Positions 34,194 through 47,570 of a stretch of 64,000 nucleotides of DNA are shown here, in pieces (the first letter of the stretch is position 1; every line of letters begins with the position of its first letter). This DNA is from Albugo candida. Its lineage: Eukaryota. Position numbers and translations under genes: made by a program. The notes beneath the pieces were generated by a model. That model had not been told where the DNA came from. It worked only from the letters and a program-made list of their open reading frames with translations, and did no database searches. Location: positions 1 through 64,000 of the forward strand of contig JBDOQK010000043.1 in assembly GCA_040437565.1 (NCBI GenBank), written 5' to 3'.

Positions 34194-37100
34194 ATGTCGG
34201 AACTCCTCGTAAATTGGCTACGCGACGACTGCAAATTATCTCTTCCTTCCAATTGCTTGGAAAACGCATTTTCAAATGGATTTTTATTTGGTGAAGTACT
34301 CTTCCGACTTGATTTTTTGCAAGATAAAAGCGACTTTCGTGATTCCGATACAAATGCTGCAAGAATAATCAATTTCTGTCGCTTATATCACACCCTGAAG
34401 CCACTAAATATCCAATTCGACGTACAAATTGCAATCGGAATTCTCAGTCGCAAAAAAGGAATTGCTGCATCGATTCTCCTTCAGCTCAAATTGATCGCTG
34501 ACGAACAAACGAAACAAATGGATTTTGGAATCAATAAATCTTTTACGTCAAAAAATCTCATTTTTCGACCTCAAAGGCCATTCGATATCGCTATGCACTC
34601 CCTTTTCGAGCAATCTCTCCGACGACACCTTTACGATCTCAACACGAAACTCCAAACGCTGTAAGAGCATACATAACGTCTTCTTTTGCATCACATCAGC
34701 TGTTTTAGTGAGAAGGATGGAGAAAAACCTCTGATATCACGAAATACCGATGACCTCACTTCCATTAAGGCTCAAAGGCTCCACGAGAGCCGACAGCATC
34801 GGCATCAGATGGAGGTACATTTTGCATCATGTAGCGATAGAAACTCATTTTGTATCAGACCAGGTTTTCGTATGACCCAACTACGTGGAAAAATTCTCTC
34901 AAAATTAAGCGAAATCGCGAATATCGACAGAGAGAATTCATTGAACAAAGCCAAAGTGCTCAGAAAAGTCGTCAGGTTGCAGTGTCAAAATGGCAATAGA
35001 AACACCTCTGACGCTTTTGTGACAGCTAAAAAAACAACAGAAATGGAGAGCTTCTGTGTGGGACCTTAAGGTGTGCCATTTAGTGCTTCAAAGCTCATTT
35101 CCTCACTTTTGTGACAGGAAGCGTCAAATACGATGGAAATCGCATCGAGCGATCGTTTGGATTCTCTCAGTAATTCATTACGAGAATGTGAATCGTATTC
35201 GGAAATGAAAATTGCAATTTCGCAGCAAAAGATCCAAAAAACACAAAAAAAGATCGAAAACAGTCGTCAAAGACAGCAGTTTCTGCAGAATCTCACATTG
35301 GAAATTAAAGATACGATACAGTGCATGCGACAACAGACTTTGAATGCGGTTATGGAGCAGCCAACTCAATCGGAATACGAGGTCTTGCATTCTGTCGATG
35401 CGATCGAAGCGTTTATTTCCATTGCTCGTGAAAATCGACGGAGAAGGGAAGTTTTGTATGATAAGCAACGTGAGTGCGACGCAGAGAATGAAATTATTGC
35501 GCCTACACAGCGTAGAGATTTGGAAAATGAATTGTGTGGGCGCCGAGAAGCCGCCCTTGCAGCCTCTGCGGCATATACGCGCTCGGAAATGGCTCAAGAT
35601 ATTTGCCACCATCTTATCGACTTTGTATTTTTGACCGCTATCCATCGCGAGGATACTGCTTTTCTCTCATCGAAACATTTGATTGAAAATGAAATTTGGA
35701 CCGATTCGTTATCGTTGCTGGGAACTCGACTTTCACCGTCCTTTTCGCTTTTGAAAGAACTTATTTTCGATGAAAATGTAAGCAGAGTCGTTGAGGATAC
35801 ATTCAAACGGTACATTCAATTGGAAGACGAAAATGTGACAGAGGCGATAGAAAACGGAAAATGTGTCTTTGGTGATATGATCAAAAAAGCATACGCTCCG
35901 ATGGATCGACCTCCACGCCAATTTATTGGAATTATTACATTCGGCCCGTCGAAAATTGGTCGAAAGAAATGGGCACGCGGTATGGCGAAACGCTATAATC
36001 TCGCGCTTATATCGGTGAATAAGCTCATCCATAAATCTATCCAACAGCGTGAGCCCGCAGGAACCGCACTGATTGAATATTTGGAACGTGGAGAAGAAAT
36101 ACCTTCCGCGGTATACACTGAATTGATTATCGACGCTGTGGATAGTCTTTCGCTGTCAAATTGGAATGGACGCATTTCCGGGTGGATCGTCGACGGATTG
36201 CCGTGTTTGAATTCCCATACAAATAAGTTACAAAAGAAAATGACGCAAGTGGATGTCAATGCGCCAAATTCTCCTTTGTGGCAAACTTCTGACGTAATTG
36301 AAGACTGTAAAATTGATCTAGTAATTTACATCGACGGGAAGCCCGAAAGTGTATCCAGTGACATTCAGGATCCCTCTGTATCGATAAAAATCCTTACGAC
36401 GCGACAGAATGCTCAGGAAGCATTGTGTGCCTTCCATCGTGTCATCCAAATCGATCTCATTAATGACGAGCAATTTCAAGTTTTTGAGGCCGTCGACGCT
36501 CTTCTTTCTCATCGATGCGAAATCAGTCGTCAATTCGACATTCAAAACAGTCGTAATGAATCATTCCGCATGGAAATAGAAGATAAACGGATCAAGTCTT
36601 TATTGAGTCTGGAAGCACGACTTTACCAAGCGCAATATACCCTCACAGATCAGAATGAGCAGCTTCACACAGCAGAAGCCAATAATGCGCGTAAAAGCGA
36701 CATTGCAGAGCATAAGGCTCAAGTGCACGCAGCAACAGAAACGCTGAATGCTGTCAATAATGATATTGCGTCATGGAACACCTCACAGGACCCAACTCTT
36801 CCGACAAAGGCGTTGGGTCTTTCCGCTTGGAGCTCGATGGAGACCTTTTATGTGGCGATCATGAAGCGAAACTTTGGCCACTTGACGCTATTACGAGGCC
36901 GCGTCTTTGCTTCAATCAATGAGACGCTTTGTAATTTGCAAAGCTCAGGGGGACTTTGGCGATTGGATCGTAAGCAAATTATCTTAAATGCCTTTCAGAA
37001 AGACTTTAATTCTTTGGATGGAGAAATACGATTGGAAATAAAGACAAAGGATGAGCTTCATGCACGAACAGATATGCTATTTGATGCACTGAATGATGTT

Positions 37101-38150
37101 GTTGGTCAACAACAAAGTCAAGATGAAGAAGAGATGGATAATGCACTTTCAAACTTTGGTGTCGATGTCATTTTACGTGAAGTAGATGGAAGCGTTTTCG
37201 ATATGATGCAAACGGAATGCTTTTTGTTTGGAAACATTTTGAGCATATTTGGGAGGGCTGTGGAGTTAACTGATACATGGCTGATAATAGTTAAAAAATG
37301 GTTAGAGAGCTTACCATCAATTGAAATAACGCAACTGGAAGAGAACGCATTGTCGACCGAGTCGATGGTACGATCACTGGTGGAAGGTATGGGTGGCAAT
37401 GCAAAGTTAGTTTGTGGTATAAAGTACGAGCACACCGCATTCTGTGAGCGTGTGCGAAAACTCATAGTCATGAAAGACAATCTCAAACAGATTATATCGG
37501 ATGCGTACGAGGCAATGCAACGAACTTTGACAGATACAATTCGAACTTATCGCCTTGAAGAAATTAATTGCATAGCGGCTCTAACACAATATATTCGGTT
37601 GAAGATTGAAGCCGCAGAAGACCTCCCTGTTTTTATACGATTCGCAGTGAGTGCATCTGCTTCATTAAATTCTGACCGCTGAATACGTTTCGTGTTAGCT
37701 GGAAACCACTACGCGTTTGTCACCGTTTGTCGAGAAAAGAGTTTGTGTCCAATTGGATCCGTCAGAGTTGGTGAGTCCCGTGAGTACAGAGTCAAAGCTT
37801 GCAGTCCGAGACGTCAAGTTTGAGGCATATAAGGTCGTAAAGGATACCTTACGAGCCGTGGGAGGGTATGAGTGTGAGGGAAAAGAAGAATGGATGCCTC
37901 TGCAAATTTTTGCCGACACGATGGCGCGATGCGGCTCTATAAATCGCTGGATGCGAAACGTGTGGCCCGCTTTGTCACATGATGCGTTTTTAGAGGTACT
38001 GTTTGTTATATGTATCGTAAGTTAGTTGAGTGTGTCTCGTAGATTGGAGCTGAATTTCAGGATGGGAGGATTGGCTATGTGAACGTGAAGCTATTTTTAA
38101 GGATATTGCGATCAAAATGGAGAGGTGATGAAATCGCGCAGTTGGACTAA
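34194..38150 (+). CDS. SPEF2: SPEF2/KPL2/CPC1-like flagellar central-pair protein, multi-exon
   Basis: N-terminal CH-type domain (MSELLVNWL..FSNGFLFGEVL), coiled coil, adenylate-kinase-like domain with degenerate P-loop GPSKIGRK and GWIVDGLP, and KDELHARTDML. The final exon reads IGAEFQDGRIGYVN...QLD* (stop 38150). Confidence 0.8.
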
Positions 38151-40910
38151 ATACAGTCGGCATTTCTCGGCTCCTCAACATTTTTGAGTATGGGTCACAA
38201 ACTGTGCTTCGTTATTGGTCCAGGTTCTGACATGCTGACATGCAACATCCCTAATGGTTGACGGAGATTACATATTGTGCAGCGGTTATCAGTAGCTAGC
38301 ATTGTGACGTTNNNNNNNNNNNNNNNNNNNNNNNNNNNNNNNNNNNNNNNNNNNNNNNNNNNNNNNNNNNNNNNNNNNNNNNNNNNNNNNNNNNNNNNNN
38401 NNNNNNNNNNNTCTTTGGATGGAGAAATACGATTGGAAATAAAGACAAAGGATGAGCTTCATGCACGAACAGATATGCTATTTGATGCACTGAATGATGT
38501 TGTTGGTCAACAACAAAGTCAAGATGAAGAAGAGATGGATAATGCACTTTCAAACTTTGGTGTCGATGTCATTTTACGTGAAGTAGATGGAAGCGTTTTC
38601 GATATGATGCAAACGGAATGCTTTTTGTTTGGAAACATTTTGAGCATATTTGGGAGGGCTGTGGAGTTAACTGATACATGGCTGATAATAGTTAAAAAAT
38701 GGTTAGAGAGCTTACCATCAATTGAAATAACGCAACTGGAAGAGAACGCATTGTCGACCGAGTCGATGGTACGATCACTGGTGGAAGGTATGGGTGGCAA
38801 TGCAAAGTTAGTTTGTGGTATAAAGTACGAGCACACCGCATTCTGTGAGCGTGTGCGAAAACTCATAGTCATGAAAGACAATCTCAAACAGATTATATCG
38901 GATGCGTACGAGGCAATGCAACGAACTTTGACAGATACAATTCGAACTTATCGCCTTGAAGAAATTAATTGCATAGCGGCTCTAACACAATATATTCGGT
39001 TGAAGATTGAAGCCGCAGAAGACCTCCCTGTTTTTATACGATTCGCAGTGAGTGCATCTGCTTCATTAAATTCTGACCGCTGAATACGTTTCGTGTTAGC
39101 TGGAAACCACTACGCGTTTGTCACCGTTTGTCGAGAAAAGAGTTTGTGTCCAATTGGATCCGTCAGAGTTGGTGAGTCCCGTGAGTACAGAGTCAAAGCT
39201 TGCAGTCCGAGACGTCAAGTTTGAGGCATATAAGGTCGTAAAGGATACCTTACGAGCCGTGGGAGGGTATGAGTGTGAGGGAAAAGAAGAATGGATGCCT
39301 CTGCAAATTTTTGCCGACACGATGGCGCGATGCGGCTCTATAAATCGCTGGATGCGAAACGTGTGGCCCGCTTTGTCACATGATGCGTTTTTAGAGGTAC
39401 TGTTTGTTATATGTATCGTAAGTTAGTTGAGTGTGTCTCGTAGATTGGAGCTGAATTTCAGGATGGGAGGATTGGCTATGTGAACGTGAAGCTATTTTTA
39501 AGGATATTGCGATCAAAATGGAGAGGTGATGAAATCGCGCAGTTGGACTAAATACAGTCGGCATTTCTCGGCTCCTCAACATTTTTGAGTATGGGTCACA
39601 AACTGTGCTTCGTTATTGGTCCAGGTTCTGACATGCTGACATGCAACATCCCTAATGGTTGACGGAGATTACATATTGTGCAGCGGTTATCAGTAGCTAG
39701 CATTGTGACGTTGAAACACCTTGGATCCGATATTCGTGCACTCAGGAGGAAGCAACAATCTGAACTTTAGAATGAAAACGAAAGGAAACTGGCAATCGTC
39801 GCGCATTCTTATTAGCCACTACGTACGTTACTTCAAATTGGACGCATGAGTTGATGGACATACTCTTATACCTCTCACTCCATGAGGAAAACGAGCCGAT
39901 GGAGATAGTAAAAAGAGTATTTTGAGGGCAAGCGAGTGTATAGATTGTTTTAACGCAACAGCAAGCCCCAAAATGTTGTTTGTTTGTTGGCATTACTGGA
40001 AGAGCATGTTGCGCAAATGGAATTGAAGCTGAATTTAGAAAGGGAAGATACCTTAGGGGCACCTTCAACCCAAAAATGACGCGTTTAGTATGAGAAGCGA
40101 TCACGGGGAACCTTTCAGACACAACGGGAAAGATATTTGAGTTCGAACAAGATCGGATAACATATAGCAACATGAAGCGGGTCGAAAATCACACTTGAGA
40201 CTTGCGGATACACGCGAATGGAAAGTTATTGACGGGCAGAACGCATGCCAAATGCCTTGATCACATTGGTAATTAAGTAAAACGGCCGTATTGGAAAAGC
40301 TTCACTTAAAGATCAACAATACCTTTGTGTTGCTATAAGAAGCAATATTGGACACTTGGGATTAATAGACGATGGTTAGAGTATCCTACAGACACGGTAT
40401 ACGGTAGGACGCTACACGAATTCCCGCAGTACCGCTTGTTCATTCATGGTAGCACGAGGGAGAGAAATGAAAAGCGTGTACCGATGCAACTAAGAAATCG
40501 TTTCAAAGTCGATGAGAAGCCGTTATAATTTCTAAAAGTGGTCATTTTTTTGCACAAATGACTGGAATAAGTTTGACCGGTGTGCCCTTCCTGAATCCGA
40601 TCCGTATCAAAATTTGAGTCATTGTGGACTCACGCTTCCAGTGATCGGTTCTGACCTTTCTTGATATACTTAAATGGGAATGGCAGCAAGTGCGCACCAT
40701 TATCGCTCCTCCAAGATTCATCCGAAAGTTTTCCGATGGTCAAACATCGCTCTTTTTGCAACACGAAACATATAACATGTTAGATAGCGACGTTAAAACT
40801 TCATCGCTTTGGACATATTCGTTTAAATTACTCGAATAGCCTCTCCAGCGTGTCGTCCAAACCAAGTGTCGCGTATAGAGAGCTCAAAGAGCGCGATCAT
40901 TGGAATAAGT

Positions 40911-41486
40911 ATGTCAGAGGATACACAGCGTATGTGGATGTGATCGTTGTCATGCAGAAATGTGATTTGTTTATACATAGTCGAAGTCCCTATCGAAGAG
41001 CAAACGCACGACGAGGAGAAAGTTGTCGTCACCGAGTCTGAGGATATAACGGATAAGGAGATTGAAAACACCGAGGAAGACAGTAAAGTAAGTTAAAAAA
41101 CGCACTTTATGGTCGTCGTATTGAGCTCACGTATCCTAGAATGAAGTCAAGGACATTGATGTAGAAAGCAAGGACCACGAGGAAGTCCCCGCAGAAGTAC
41201 AACAAGAAGCACCGGTACTATCGGGATGTTTACTTAATCTTTCCTATACTTACGCCATGTGTAGACACCTGCGGTGGAGAAATTGGCGGAAGAACAGCAA
41301 GATGATAAAGTCGATGTGGATGGGCTTTCAATTCGTGCATATTTGGAGCAAACCGTGGTCCCAATATTACTACAAGGCATGTCGTCCCTTGTAAAAGAGC
41401 GTCCATCAAATCCAGTCGAATGGCTTGCGGCTTATTTGATCAAAAACAATCCGCAAAGTTGTGATAACACCAATGAAGCCAAGTAA
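40911..41486 (+). CDS. DPY30: Dpy-30 domain protein, 4 exons, acidic N-terminus
   Basis: [36 protein letters not shown]. Three GT-AG introns link it to ATG 40911. Confidence 0.9.
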
Positions 41487-41693
41487 CTTGCAATATAACA
41501 TCATAACATTGGCGTGGACCACTTGTATCTCCCTATAATACTAGCTCGTGATCGCTCCGTTGTAATGACATCACGTCAGTTTAATCTAGTCAATATAAAA
41601 ACCATCCGTTTATTGTCATTTTCACATCGTTAGGTACGTCCTTCATTCCTCGCAGCTGTGCTCGCGTTTCTAATTGGTCACATTTGGTAGGTA

Positions 41694-42054
41694 ATGGCGG
41701 AAGAAAGCAAAACCGATGCTACCGATGTAAAACCCGACGACAAGAAAAAGAGCGAAGCCATCACGATTCGTGTCAAAGATCAGGTATGTATACTTGACAT
41801 GTATTCACTCCTAATATTGACAAATATACATTTGCATGAAGTCCGGAGAAGAAATGTATTTTAGAGTCAAATTGGTCACGAGAATGGAAAAGGTTTTTGA
41901 GGCGTATGCAGAACGGAAAAATATAGATGTAACAGCCCTACGCTTCCTATTGGACGGAACGCGCATTTGCGGCGATCAAACTCCAAAAATGCTGGAACTG
42001 GAAGATCGGGATCAAATTGACTGTGCTCTCGAGCAAGTTGGTGGTTTAAAATAA
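41694..42054 (+). CDS. SUMO: SUMO, 2 coding exons
   Basis: ITIRVKDQ|SGEEMYFRVK...LRFLLDG.RI..QTPKMLELED.DQID...QVGG-LK. Confidence 0.95.
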
Positions 42055-42201
42055 TATTCACATTTTGAACTATACTGTTCCGCATTTGTGAGATTTGACT
42101 TCATTTTTCTACTCTGGTTTTGTTACTACTGAACGATTCAAGTGTTATATAAACCTAATATAATTTTTGCTCACGCAAATTAAGGTATTTGTCCTAATAA
42201 T

Positions 42202-43773
42202 TCAACTGGTTGACATTTCGGATGCGACATGATGCAATTTGGGCATCATCCCTCCTGCTACTGCGCCTCGAATAATGATGTCAACCCCCCGGGTACTAAG
42301 AAAATTATCTTCCAAACCCAAAAAGCGCATTTGAGGGCAACTCGCGCTTGCCAATACTTTGACCACTGGCGCAACGCAATTGTCTGTGATAATGTTCCCA
42401 CCCACACATAGATACTTGAGCTGCTGGCAGTGTCCTGATAATAATGCCGTCATAATCCGATTGATTCCAGCTTCTCCCACATAATTACGACGTAAATCTA
42501 ATCGACTGAGCTTCGGTAAAGAGCCCACACGCAGTAACCACGCAATATCAACTGTACCGACGTCTGAAATTCCATTTCCTCCCAATAAAAGATGCTCCAA
42601 ATCCGGACAGGATCCCTTCACCAACGCCGTACACAGCAGATGCAATGCATTATTCCGACATGTGTTATTGAAAACCGATACTAAACGCATCTCTTTCAAT
42701 GCTCGACAAGCGCCCATTTCGATCGATTCCGTTAGATCCATGATCACTTGTTCTCCGATATTTCCATGCGATAAATCCAATTCACTGCATCCCCAAGCGT
42801 GTAAAGCCAATCCAGCTTCCTTTTCGTCACAAACTCTATTCTCGTTGTAAATATGTAATTTTTCCAAATTTGGGTATCGACATAGTAAATTTGTCGAATT
42901 CATTTCAAAACCTCGTTTCAATTGCTTTACTTCGACTTTGAGGGACACGACGCATTTTGGCAATACTCTTTGAGTAAACTTGTTGATCGATACGCATTGG
43001 ATGGTTTGCTTTCCCGATAAAAAACTAAATATATCGTGTAATACATCTTCATTCATGATGAAAAATGACTCTCTCTTCAGCTTTTCTCGCTTCTCCACAG
43101 CAACACGAGGTCGTTTGATATTCAACCTTGTGATTCCAAACTGAGTTCCATATTTCCGCTTTCCCAAAGTCGAATCAATCAATGCTGCACGTTTCGATGC
43201 AGCTGCCTCATGGAAACTCAATGAAACGAGTGACTGTAGTCGTCGTCGTAATGTGTTGAGATCGCGGTACTCATAAAAAGAAGCTGCTCGTGAGTACAAC
43301 GAGAGTTCGATTCGTTTAGCCAATGATGGAGCGCGATCGTTACCGTCGAATTGATGTCGACTTGAGGGTGTGTTCTGTAACATTTTACTGCGGGTAAGTG
43401 CGATAATACGTTGTACCATCATTCTTCGTTCTGGAAGATCGGATTGAGATTGCCAGTGTACCAAGTCGGAGGTATACCTTTCAGGAAGTGTTCCATCTGG
43501 GACGGTTGTTGATGTTGGAGAGCCGAAGGCTGGACTTGGCTGAGCTTGAGGGAAAGCGGGAAGATTAGATTCGGATTCCCGTCCTTGTATCCTAGACTCC
43601 GTTCGTATTGTTGATGTATCCACACCAAGTGTTGCCCACGGACTATGTGTTCTGTCTAAGACGCGCGGTGTGGACCCTTCTACAGACATTGTAGTCGCAC
43701 TTTTGACCAGGTTGGCTGTATGCGGAGTTAATGTTCCCTGACCGTCGGAAGAGATTGTGCGCGGAGTCAACAT
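42202..43773 (-). CDS. KIX-like + F-box-like + RNI-type LRR protein
   Basis: LAKRIELSLYSRAASFYEYRDLNTLRRRL (KIX-like), MNEDVLHDIFSFL (F-box-like) and repeats such as LEHLLLGGNGISDVG. Confidence 0.75.
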   Translation of the reverse strand: MLTPRTISSDGQGTLTPHTANLVKSATTMSVEGSTPRVLDRTHSPWATLGVDTSTIRTESRIQGRESESNLPAFPQAQPSPAFGSPTSTTVPDGTLPERYTSDLVHWQSQSDLPERRMMVQRIIALTRSKMLQNTPSSRHQFDGNDRAPSLAKRIELSLYSRAASFYEYRDLNTLRRRLQSLVSLSFHEAAASKRAALIDSTLGKRKYGTQFGITRLNIKRPRVAVEKREKLKRESFFIMNEDVLHDIFSFLSGKQTIQCVSINKFTQRVLPKCVVSLKVEVKQLKRGFEMNSTNLLCRYPNLEKLHIYNENRVCDEKEAGLALHAWGCSELDLSHGNIGEQVIMDLTESIEMGACRALKEMRLVSVFNNTCRNNALHLLCTALVKGSCPDLEHLLLGGNGISDVGTVDIAWLLRVGSLPKLSRLDLRRNYVGEAGINRIMTALLSGHCQQLKYLCVGGNIITDNCVAPVVKVLASASCPQMRFLGLEDNFLSTRGVDIIIRGAVAGGMMPKLHHVASEMSTS

Positions 43774-46700
43774 GCTGATAATTTTGTTGTACGAGCGGTG
43801 TATTCTTTTCTGTGAAATAAATAAATTTCAGTTGGGGTTGCAGTGGCTAAAAGGTTGTGTGCAGAGATTGTTTTGTTTTTTCTCTGTGGACTACGAGAAC
43901 CGAAGACTCAAAAATGTAAAAAGTTGCAACTTCTCACTCAAAGTTTCAAGTCGTTGAAAGTTCTTCGTGCACTGAATGCCAAACTGGGAGAAGTAGTAGG
44001 AGACGAAGGAAATTCTTTACGTGCTCGAAAGATTGAAAAATTCTGTTTATCTTCCACACGACGTCGCCTGGTCGCGTGAGACGCACGAATGTTGGGAAAA
44101 TTTCGTTTCGTTTTTCTTTCTTTTTTTCTCTTTAAGAGGAAAACTGTAACGAAAACTGTTTTTAGATGTGGTTTTGCCTGATGGAAAGATAGGATCTGAT
44201 CGGTAACAAACGGTGTGACAGAAACTGCTTCTTGAGTGGGTAGAAAGAAAGTGAATGAAGATAAAGAAAAACTAAACATATTATCCACAAATGCCATGTA
44301 GAAAAGTCAGCCATCTGGAATTCGCACGATCTGTACCTCTACACTACATCGATACCCCCTTGCCCGTGTGTTGTCACAAGCCTAAAACGTAGCTGTTGCG
44401 TACTTTAACAACATGATTCAGTAAAAGTAGTACGGTAGCTTAGTCATTACCGAGGTATACTGATGAAAATTACGGTCTATTCTAAGTATAATGTCATAAA
44501 AATTTCACACCGACGACGAAAAGAGTGGAGCTCATTCGTTGCTGCGAAAAGGTTTTCGGATTGTCCATACGATCCACAGTTAATTTTGGCAGCCACAAAC
44601 GCATCTTGCTCAAAATAGCACTCTGTCAGTTTATTTTATAAAAAGATGTTGAATGCAGAAGATGAACAGCTGGTTTTCGCGAAACTANNNNNNNNNNNNN
44701 NNNNNNNNNNNNNNNNNNNNNNNNNNNNNNNNNNNNNNNNNNNNNNNNNNNNNNNNNNNNNNNNNNNNNNNNNNNNNNNNNNNNNNNAAAACTGTAACGA
44801 AAACTGTTTTTAGATGTGGTTTTGCCTGATGGAAAGATAGGATCTGATCGGTAACAAACGGTGTGACAGAAACTGCTTCTTGAGTGGGTAGAAAGAAAGT
44901 GAATGAAGATAAAGAAAAACTAAACATATTATCCACAAATGCCATGTAGAAAAGTCAGCCATCTGGAATTCGCACGATCTGTACCTCTACACTACATCGA
45001 TACCCCCTTGCCCGTGTGTTGTCACAAGCCTAAAACGTAGCTGTTGCGTACTTTAACAACATGATTCAGTAAAAGTAGTACGGTAGCTTAGTCATTACCG
45101 AGGTATACTGATGAAAATTACGGTCTATTCTAAGTATAATGTCATAAAAATTTCACACCGACGACGAAAAGAGTGGAGCTCATTCGTTGCTGCGAAAAGG
45201 TTTTCGGATTGTCCATACGATCCACAGTTAATTTTGGCAGCCACAAACGCATCTTGCTCAAAATAGCACTCTGTCAGTTTATTTTATAAAAAGATGTTGA
45301 ATGCAGAAGATGAACAGCTGGTTTTCGCGAAACTAGCAAACCCGAACTGAAGGTATATCTTGCCAGCTGTATTTCTTACGCTACTAGGTTTCGTGGTTGC
45401 GTTTGGATCATACTCTATTACCAAGCACGTTCCCACGTTATTTCATTAATCGAATACTGATTGATTGCCCAAGTTGCCATATCGCTATAATAATAGAGCT
45501 CACACGTGAAACGCTTTGAAACAATTCTTATTATACTTACGACAAACAGTATTTGTCAAAGACCTGAATTACGGCATAATGAACCTTCGCTCAGCTGCTT
45601 GTACATCATCTGGAACCGGGCAAGTTTTCTACACAGTATGTAAACGCTTGGGTCAATTTGTTTCGACTTTAACGCCATGTGGAAATGAGGTAATCGACAG
45701 AGCTTGACTATGATTTGGTAGAAACATGTTTTTTTTGCAATAATCTGACTGGAACACGTAACTTTCGACTCAGTCACACAAAAATCTTACAAGGAAATCC
45801 TTGGTCAAAGAATCCAGAGGATCGATGCGCCTGTTTGCGTAGTTTCAAATTTTTCATCTCAGAAGATTACAAATCTTTCTTCCTTAGAAGCGCCTTATTC
45901 GTAGCGTTCCAATATAGAATCACTTGGAAAACTAATATGCCATTCAAACAAATAGCAACCCCGTATCCAGTCAGTTGCAATAGATCGCCGGTTTCCTAAC
46001 CATGTGGCGAATAAGGAAGCGATTTGCTTACAAACACGGTAGGTAATTTACCTGCAAAGTGGTGAATAACCGCGCTAAAGATCCGCCAAAATTCAGCAAC
46101 AGAGTCAAGAATGCCAACTGACCGGTATGACCATGCTTGTAATTTGTGTAGACCTACGCACATTTGACCAGTCATCAACATTGATTTAATTACAAATTTA
46201 CTACCTGAGGAGCACGTGCGAATATGGTGATTGGTATTGCCGCCGACGGAAGAATCCATTGGTACTGGGACGGTAAATGGTACATGCAAAAAGCTAGCCC
46301 TCCCAATAGCATACTGAGCACGCTGCGCTTTGTGATTGAAATTCGTGGAACATGAAAAGTGAATATCAATAGCACCAGCAACAAGTTTTGGACGAGAATA
46401 ACCAGATTTTCACCCCACGTACTGACTGGATACTCACGCAATATATTATAAATGGTTCCAGATAGATATAGAATGACCTCAAGATAAAATGATGCAGGTG
46501 TTAATCCGGTAACATCCTGAGCTGCAAGGATTTTAACAATTTGAGGCAACTAACTCAACAAATGTGATGAAATATCTCAGAGGGTGCATTAAGACCTTAC
46601 CTTGAGTATCAAACTTCCTCCAATGATTGCGAAACCGAGTAATTTACTGATGAGAAGTTTGAGGCAGCCAATATGAAAAAAGTTATGCTCCAGAAGAAAC

Positions 46701-47570
46701 GTTGTATAACACTCAGGAGTCAGCATAGTAAGCATAAAATCACTTTCGGTCGCATTTGTGAATTTTCTTTGTTGGGGTACAGACTCTGCACTATCGGCAC
46801 CGTTGGCACTTGACATAAGTAAGGTGAAAAGAAGCAACATTGCAACGTGATTCTTAAGGTGCATTTTCACTCCNNNNNNNNNNNNNNNNNNNNNNNNNNN
46901 NNNNNNNNNNNNNNNNNNNNNNNNNNNNNNNNNNNNNNNNNNNNNNNNNNNNNNNNNNNNNNNNNNNNNNNNNTCTGTCAGTTTATTTTATAAAAAGATG
47001 TTGAATGCAGAAGATGAACAGCTGGTTTTCGCGAAACTAGCAAACCCGAACTGAAGGTATATCTTGCCAGCTGTATTTCTTACGCTACTAGGTTTCGTGG
47101 TTGCGTTTGGATCATACTCTATTACCAAGCACGTTCCCACGTTATTTCATTAATCGAATACTGATTGATTGCCCAAGTTGCCATATCGCTATAATAATAG
47201 AGCTCACACGTGAAACGCTTTGAAACAATTCTTATTATACTTACGACAAACAGTATTTGTCAAAGACCTGAATTACGGCATAATGAACCTTCGCTCAGCT
47301 GCTTGTACATCATCTGGAACCGGGCAAGTTTTCTACACAGTATGTAAACGCTTGGGTCAATTTGTTTCGACTTTAACGCCATGTGGAAATGAGGTAATCG
47401 ACAGAGCTTGACTATGATTTGGTAGAAACATGTTTTTTTTGCAATAATCTGACTGGAACACGTAACTTTCGACTCAGTCACACAAAAATCTTACAAGGAA
47501 ATCCTTGGTCAAAGAATCCAGAGGATCGATGCGCCTGTTTGCGTAGTTTCAAATTTTTCATCTCAGAAGA

